A DNA stretch of 64,000 bases from Clostridiales bacterium. Lineage in GTDB: Bacteria > Bacillota > Clostridia > Christensenellales > UBA1242. Below are positions 20,001-26,000 of the stretch, piece by piece; within the stretch, counting starts at the first letter, position 1; each line of letters starts with the position of its first letter. A program made the translations under genes and the position numbers. The DNA lies in contig CAKJYJ010000005.1 in the NCBI GenBank assembly GCA_918262735.1, positions 6,541 through 70,540 of the forward strand, written 5' to 3'. The notes below the pieces were generated by a model, which saw only the letters and a program-made list of their open reading frames with translations, made no database searches and had not been told where the DNA came from.

Positions 20001-23000
20001 ATATGAATCTGAAGCCCCTGCATAAACGTCACCAGTTGCATAAACCTCATTTATTTGAATTTGGTAATATTCATCTGAACTCTCATCAGTAATATATGTT
20101 GGGTTAACTAAACCAATCACACCACCAGCGTATTTTACTGTGCTGTTTCTTACGTTTATTTTTGAATAGCCAACGTCAATTATTCCCCTGTGCATTACAC
20201 CAACTAAACCACCAATAGTGTTTGGTCTATAAAGAGTTTCTTCACCGTCAACTTCAAATAGTTTAAGCTCTCCTCTATCATAATCTAAATTAGATTTATA
20301 ATATGTTTGAATATTTTGTTCAATATCTTTCTGCCAAGTTTCTTCGTGTTCTGCTTTAATCTGATATAAGTATCCACAGTTAAATCCAACAACACCACCT
20401 GCAAAACAATTATATGCAATTAATTTTGCCCCACGAGAAACTGTGAATGATAAATCCTTGGCAACAACAAATGTGCCAATGTAGCCAGCAACACCACCAA
20501 CGGTCATTGCTGTTATTGTTTCAATACCTTTAACGCTTAAACCTTGAACGTTTGCTTCACGAAGGTCAGTGTTTGCAATAACTTTTCTGCTAACAAATTG
20601 TTTTTGTGTGAACAAATCCAGAATACCAAATGCACCACCAGCTATAGATAGTGTTGCAAGTCCGGTTCCTTCCATGTTTGGTGTGTTGTTTGTTAGTTGT
20701 AGAGCATTAAATGATTCGCTTTGGTTGTATGTTGCTGTTACAGAAACATTTTCAACAGTTACACCGGCTATGTAGCAATCGCCAGCAACTCTACCGACAA
20801 CGCCACCAACAATGTTGGCACCAACGACTGTTGGTTTGTCCATGGCGTTCATTGCATACACCCTTACATTAACAAGTATAGAATCAGTTAATGTTCCGGC
20901 AATCGTTCCAACGTTAACTGTATGGTCGGCATTAACACCACCAGTATCTAAACCTATATTTAAGTTCTTAATTCCAGCACCATTTTCAATTGTTTTGAAC
21001 ATACCATAGTTTTGAGAACTTGTTTTACTTGGATTAGATATTGCCAAATGACTAATTGTTAAACCATTTCCATCCAACAAACCAGGTCTGTCTGATAAAT
21101 ATCTGTATTGACCGGTTAAAGAAACATCTGTTGAAGTTAAACTATACTTATAGTCAGTTGTTTCAACCTCTTGGTCATCTATAATAAGTTCATTTAGGTT
21201 AATATTATTAACTAATCTATAAGAACCAAATGCTTTTCCGTTTTCAATATTGTCTGCAAATACAGTTTCAGTTCCACCAAACACATCATTAAATTCTTTT
21301 GCATCTCTAATGATGATTGGGTTGTTAACCGTTCCATATTCGTAGTCATTATCGTACACAAACACATATGCAAGTGAACTCGTTTTGCTTACACTTCCAT
21401 TATTATCTGCTTTATATCTTATTGAATGTGTTATATCATCAGCACTAACTAATCTTGGTCCTTTGGTTGAAATTTTCCAAGTTGCTTGTAAATCATTTGA
21501 TGAACTTCCAAAACTAAATCCATAGAAATTAAAGCTTGAGTTAACATTTTTAACAGGCTCAACTTCTGTGTTGTAAACAGGATCTAGTAGTGTTAAATCC
21601 ATAACGTCAGTTGAATAATAATAACAAGATTTTATTAATCCACGGTTATTATATTCCATTAAATCATTCACACCAATAAAACTTAATTGTGATATATTAT
21701 TCCCCGCAATAGATGAGAATGAATAACTACGCAAAACTTCTCCATTCAATTCATTTTGATACACAAAACCTGCACCCAAACGTCCAACCTGATTGCTTGT
21801 GGTTTTTATCATAATGTTACTATAACAGTCTGCTATTGTGTTGGTGTTGTCGTAAACAAACCCTGCAAGTATGCCATTTCCTTCTATTCCACCATTCATG
21901 GCTTGAATGTCCACATCATTTCCAACACCTTCAACATAGCACATTGAAATAGCACCATCGTTTGTGTTAACAAACCCTGTTGTTACCATTGTTTGGTTGC
22001 GGTCATACGTGTTAATCACATTTATATTTTTTGCAAAACTGCTTGAAATAACCGCTCCGGTATTGTTTTTTATAACAAAACCAGAAACTGTTCCACCAGC
22101 ACGGATTGTAAATGTCTTTGCTTTTGTTTCGTTTGTTCTAAGTGTTGGTTTAACAAAATTGTCACTAGATGTTGGGTACACAAATGATGAAACAAGTTTG
22201 CTATCTCCACCAACTCTACTATTCGTTATGCTACCATTATTGGTTATAACCATACCTGCAGCATTAACCGTTACGTTTGTGTTTAAAGTTGTTACCTTTA
22301 ATCCATACGTGGTGAATGTTGGAGATCTTTCTCCTGAAGCAAATGCCATTACTTCTGTGTTATAAACAACGCCTGAGTTTGTTATTGCAAGACCTGCTAT
22401 GTCAACTCTTATTATATCTTCGCCTAAATTTATTTCTGGTAAGTAATAGTAATTCACTGTAACGTTTTTAATTGTTGTTCCTGAAGAAATTGTGTTAAAG
22501 AGTGCAAAGGTCGCAGATGTGGTTGTTGGTTCTTTGAAACTAACAATGTTAATTGTGTAGTTATTACCATCAAAAGATTTTATTTTGCTTGTGTTTGGCA
22601 TTGATTCATTAACATCGTAGTCATATAAATAAATATTGTTGCTTAAAATGTAATGATTTGCCTTTTCGCTGTTATTCATTGTTTTGAATGATTCAGCATC
22701 AGAAATTTCAATTGGCATATCCTCTGTGGTATATAGTGAGTTTGAAATTGTGAAATAGTATTCGTAAACATATTGTGCGCCATCTGGCATTGTTCTATAT
22801 AGCCTTAATAACATTGGCACTTGACCAACCCTATCTCCACCCATAACATACAATTTTTCGCCAGAAATTCCAAATGTTACTATATTATTATATTGTGGGT
22901 CTTCAACGGCAACAAATTCTTTTCCGTTAATACCATTTATAACTCTTCCAATTGAATATGCTTGATTACCGTTTAGATAATAAAGATATGAAACAAGGTT

Positions 23001-26000
23001 ATATGCTGCACCACCATTATCGTTTCCAAGTTCAAACACTATGTTTTCTGATGCTCCGCCAGAAGTTGAAAGTTTATAATAGTAGTTCGCGTTAAACTCT
23101 GCTATTGCAGATAATACGTCTTCATTTTCTCCATGATTAAAGTTTGTGTAAAGTTCTAACATCTTTGGTTTAATGCTGTTAACTTCCAATTTACCCTCAT
23201 TAACATCTTTAATCTGTATTGAATTATCAACAACTCCAAATGGTGTTATGTAAATGAAAATTGGAGCAGATTTTGCCGTTATATGTTCACCTTTCTCGAT
23301 TTTTTCCGATTCAACATATAAATTTAATGGTATTTTTGATTGGTTAAACGCAAAACCATTTTCACCATCAAAAGGAATGGTGAATGTTAACTTATATTGC
23401 CTGTATCCAACATTTGAACCTTCTATTTCTTCAAATTCAACCAAAATACTGTCTAACACAGTTCCATTGTTGTCTGTTAGGTAAACTTTTTTAATAGTTT
23501 GATCATAAGAAATATTTGCTCTGGCAGTTAATGTTTCTCCCATATAAGCATATATTGATGTTTGACCATCAATTGAAATCTGAGGAACAGCCGGAGCTTT
23601 AACATACAGTGTTATGTTTGATTCTTTTTCAAGTTTCACACCTTTATAGTATGCACTAATGTTTATGTTGATTATTGCATCTTGATTTAATGTGTTTGTT
23701 GGGAAAATAATGATATAGTACGTGCCGATATCTTGTACCAAATCACTATTTTCTGATAAGTTGTTGTTAATTCTAATTCCGTTAACATCATCTAAAACTT
23801 GATATCTTGCATTGTTATCAAATGTGTAAACATCTCCTTCTTTACGTTGAATTCTGTATGCAAGTTGAGCAAGAGTGTTTGATGTGGCAACAATGTCAAT
23901 ATAATCAAGAGTTGCATAATTTGGGTATAAGTCAACAACCAACAACGCTCTTCCTGTTGGTTTAATTACTGATGTTGGGTTAGTCCAAGAAACAACAGAA
24001 TAATCTGTTCCACCACTGCTATACCCTGATACTTGTTCATACATTGCAGAATGAACGCTTGTTAAAGTTTGAGGAAGAATCGTTAGCTGCATTTGACCAA
24101 AAGTACTATAAACAATTTCTCCATCCTCTGAGCAAGCATACACCTTTACTCTGTATGTTTTGTCAACATAATTTAATGAATATCTATATTCACTCTTAAG
24201 TCCAATAACAATTTCAAAGTTATAAACGTTTGAATTTGCCGTTAACTGTCTTCCACCAACACTTATATCAAAAGCGTTTGTTACATCGTAATCATATTGA
24301 TTTTCAATTCTTATATTTTCTTTAATAACCTTGTCAGTTGGCATATCGGTTGTGATTGAAGCATCAAAAACAAATGTATCTTTTGGTTCAATGCTTCCCT
24401 CTGAAGCAGAAACCCCAACATTTGTTGTTCCTCTACTCAGTACCAACTTAACAAAATAATACTCTCTTGTGCCACTTCCTAATTCAGATTCAACTTTTAG
24501 GAAGTAATTATTGATTATGTCGTTATAAACCTCACTATATGCCGAGTATATTTTTGCAGATAGTATCTTTGTTGTTTCTTCTCTGTTCCATGTTGCATGG
24601 ATGGTGTGATTACCAAGAGTTGTTCCTGTTACATAATTTGTTGCATCAATAATGTTTTGCCAGTCATTCAAGTCTTCTTCATCATTGAACATAAAGAATG
24701 CAATATTAAAGTCATTTTGTTTTAATTCTATTCCATCAACAATAACCCTACCAGCTGATGAAATAACTGAACTTCCACCAACAAGGATTTTTATTTCGCT
24801 ACCCTTTTCAAGTTTCTCTATGCCTTCAACAAATCTAAATTCGTCAATGAAATATAATGAAACCATATGAAGCGTTATACTTTGAGTGTAATCGTATTTT
24901 GAATAAACAATCAAATCAAATTCGCCAATGCTATTAATATGAATCGTGTTACCAACAACAGAAACAATACGAGAATTAATACCAAGTTGATCTAATGCTA
25001 AAACCTTTATTGAGCTTCCTAGGTTTGTGTAAACTAAATCTTCAACCGTAATTGTGTTGTGTGTTGATAACCCATTTTGTTTTGTTGAATCTTTAGCCTC
25101 ATAATAGAATACAACACCATATCTTGAAGAAGAATCGCCAATTGAATGCCTTTCAACAGTGTTCACATATCCAGTGCCATCAAGTTGATTACCAACATCT
25201 GAATATGATATCAGGTCAACATATTCTTGTGCCTCTAGGTTTATATCTTCATGAGAATTGTCAATGAACATTATACCATTGATTGTGTTTAGTGTTCCAC
25301 CATCGTTAACTTGAATAGTTCTTCCAATTGCTTCCATACAGTCATTAAATCTAGCAACAATTAAAGAACAATCTTCAATAGTTCCGTTATTTATTCCATA
25401 TAAACCGGTTTTAATAACATTACCTTCACCGATTATGTTTTCATTTTTTGATGCAATTGTTCCAAGGAAAGAACAATTCCTTAGCGTTCCGTTGTTTGTT
25501 CCAACAACACCACCAACACTTCCGTTACCTTCAAAACGAACTAAGCTTGGAATGTAATTTCCGTTCTTTATGTATGATGTGATTTCAACATTTTCAATCA
25601 AACCGCTGTTTGTGTTCGCAATCATGCCTTGCGCATTTGATGTTCCGTAAACAACAAGGTCTTTAATAATTGCTCTTGAGCCAATAGCATCAAATAATGA
25701 ACAATCATCAAGACATAAAGTTGCTGGAATATCATGAGCCTCACTAACACCATAAAGACCCCCATTGAATACTTCACCAACAAATAATGTTGAATTGAGC
25801 ACCAATGTTTCATTGCTCACAATTTTATAGTGTTTTGAAAGATTACCAATCTGTAGAAGATTGCTAATTCTAAATGCCGTGTTATAACTATTACCATCGG
25901 CAATAGTGATTGGTATTATTATTCTCTTAACAGAAACCGTGCTATCCGTGTATTGTGGCGTAATAACAATTTTACCCGTGCCACCAACGGTTCCTGGAAT

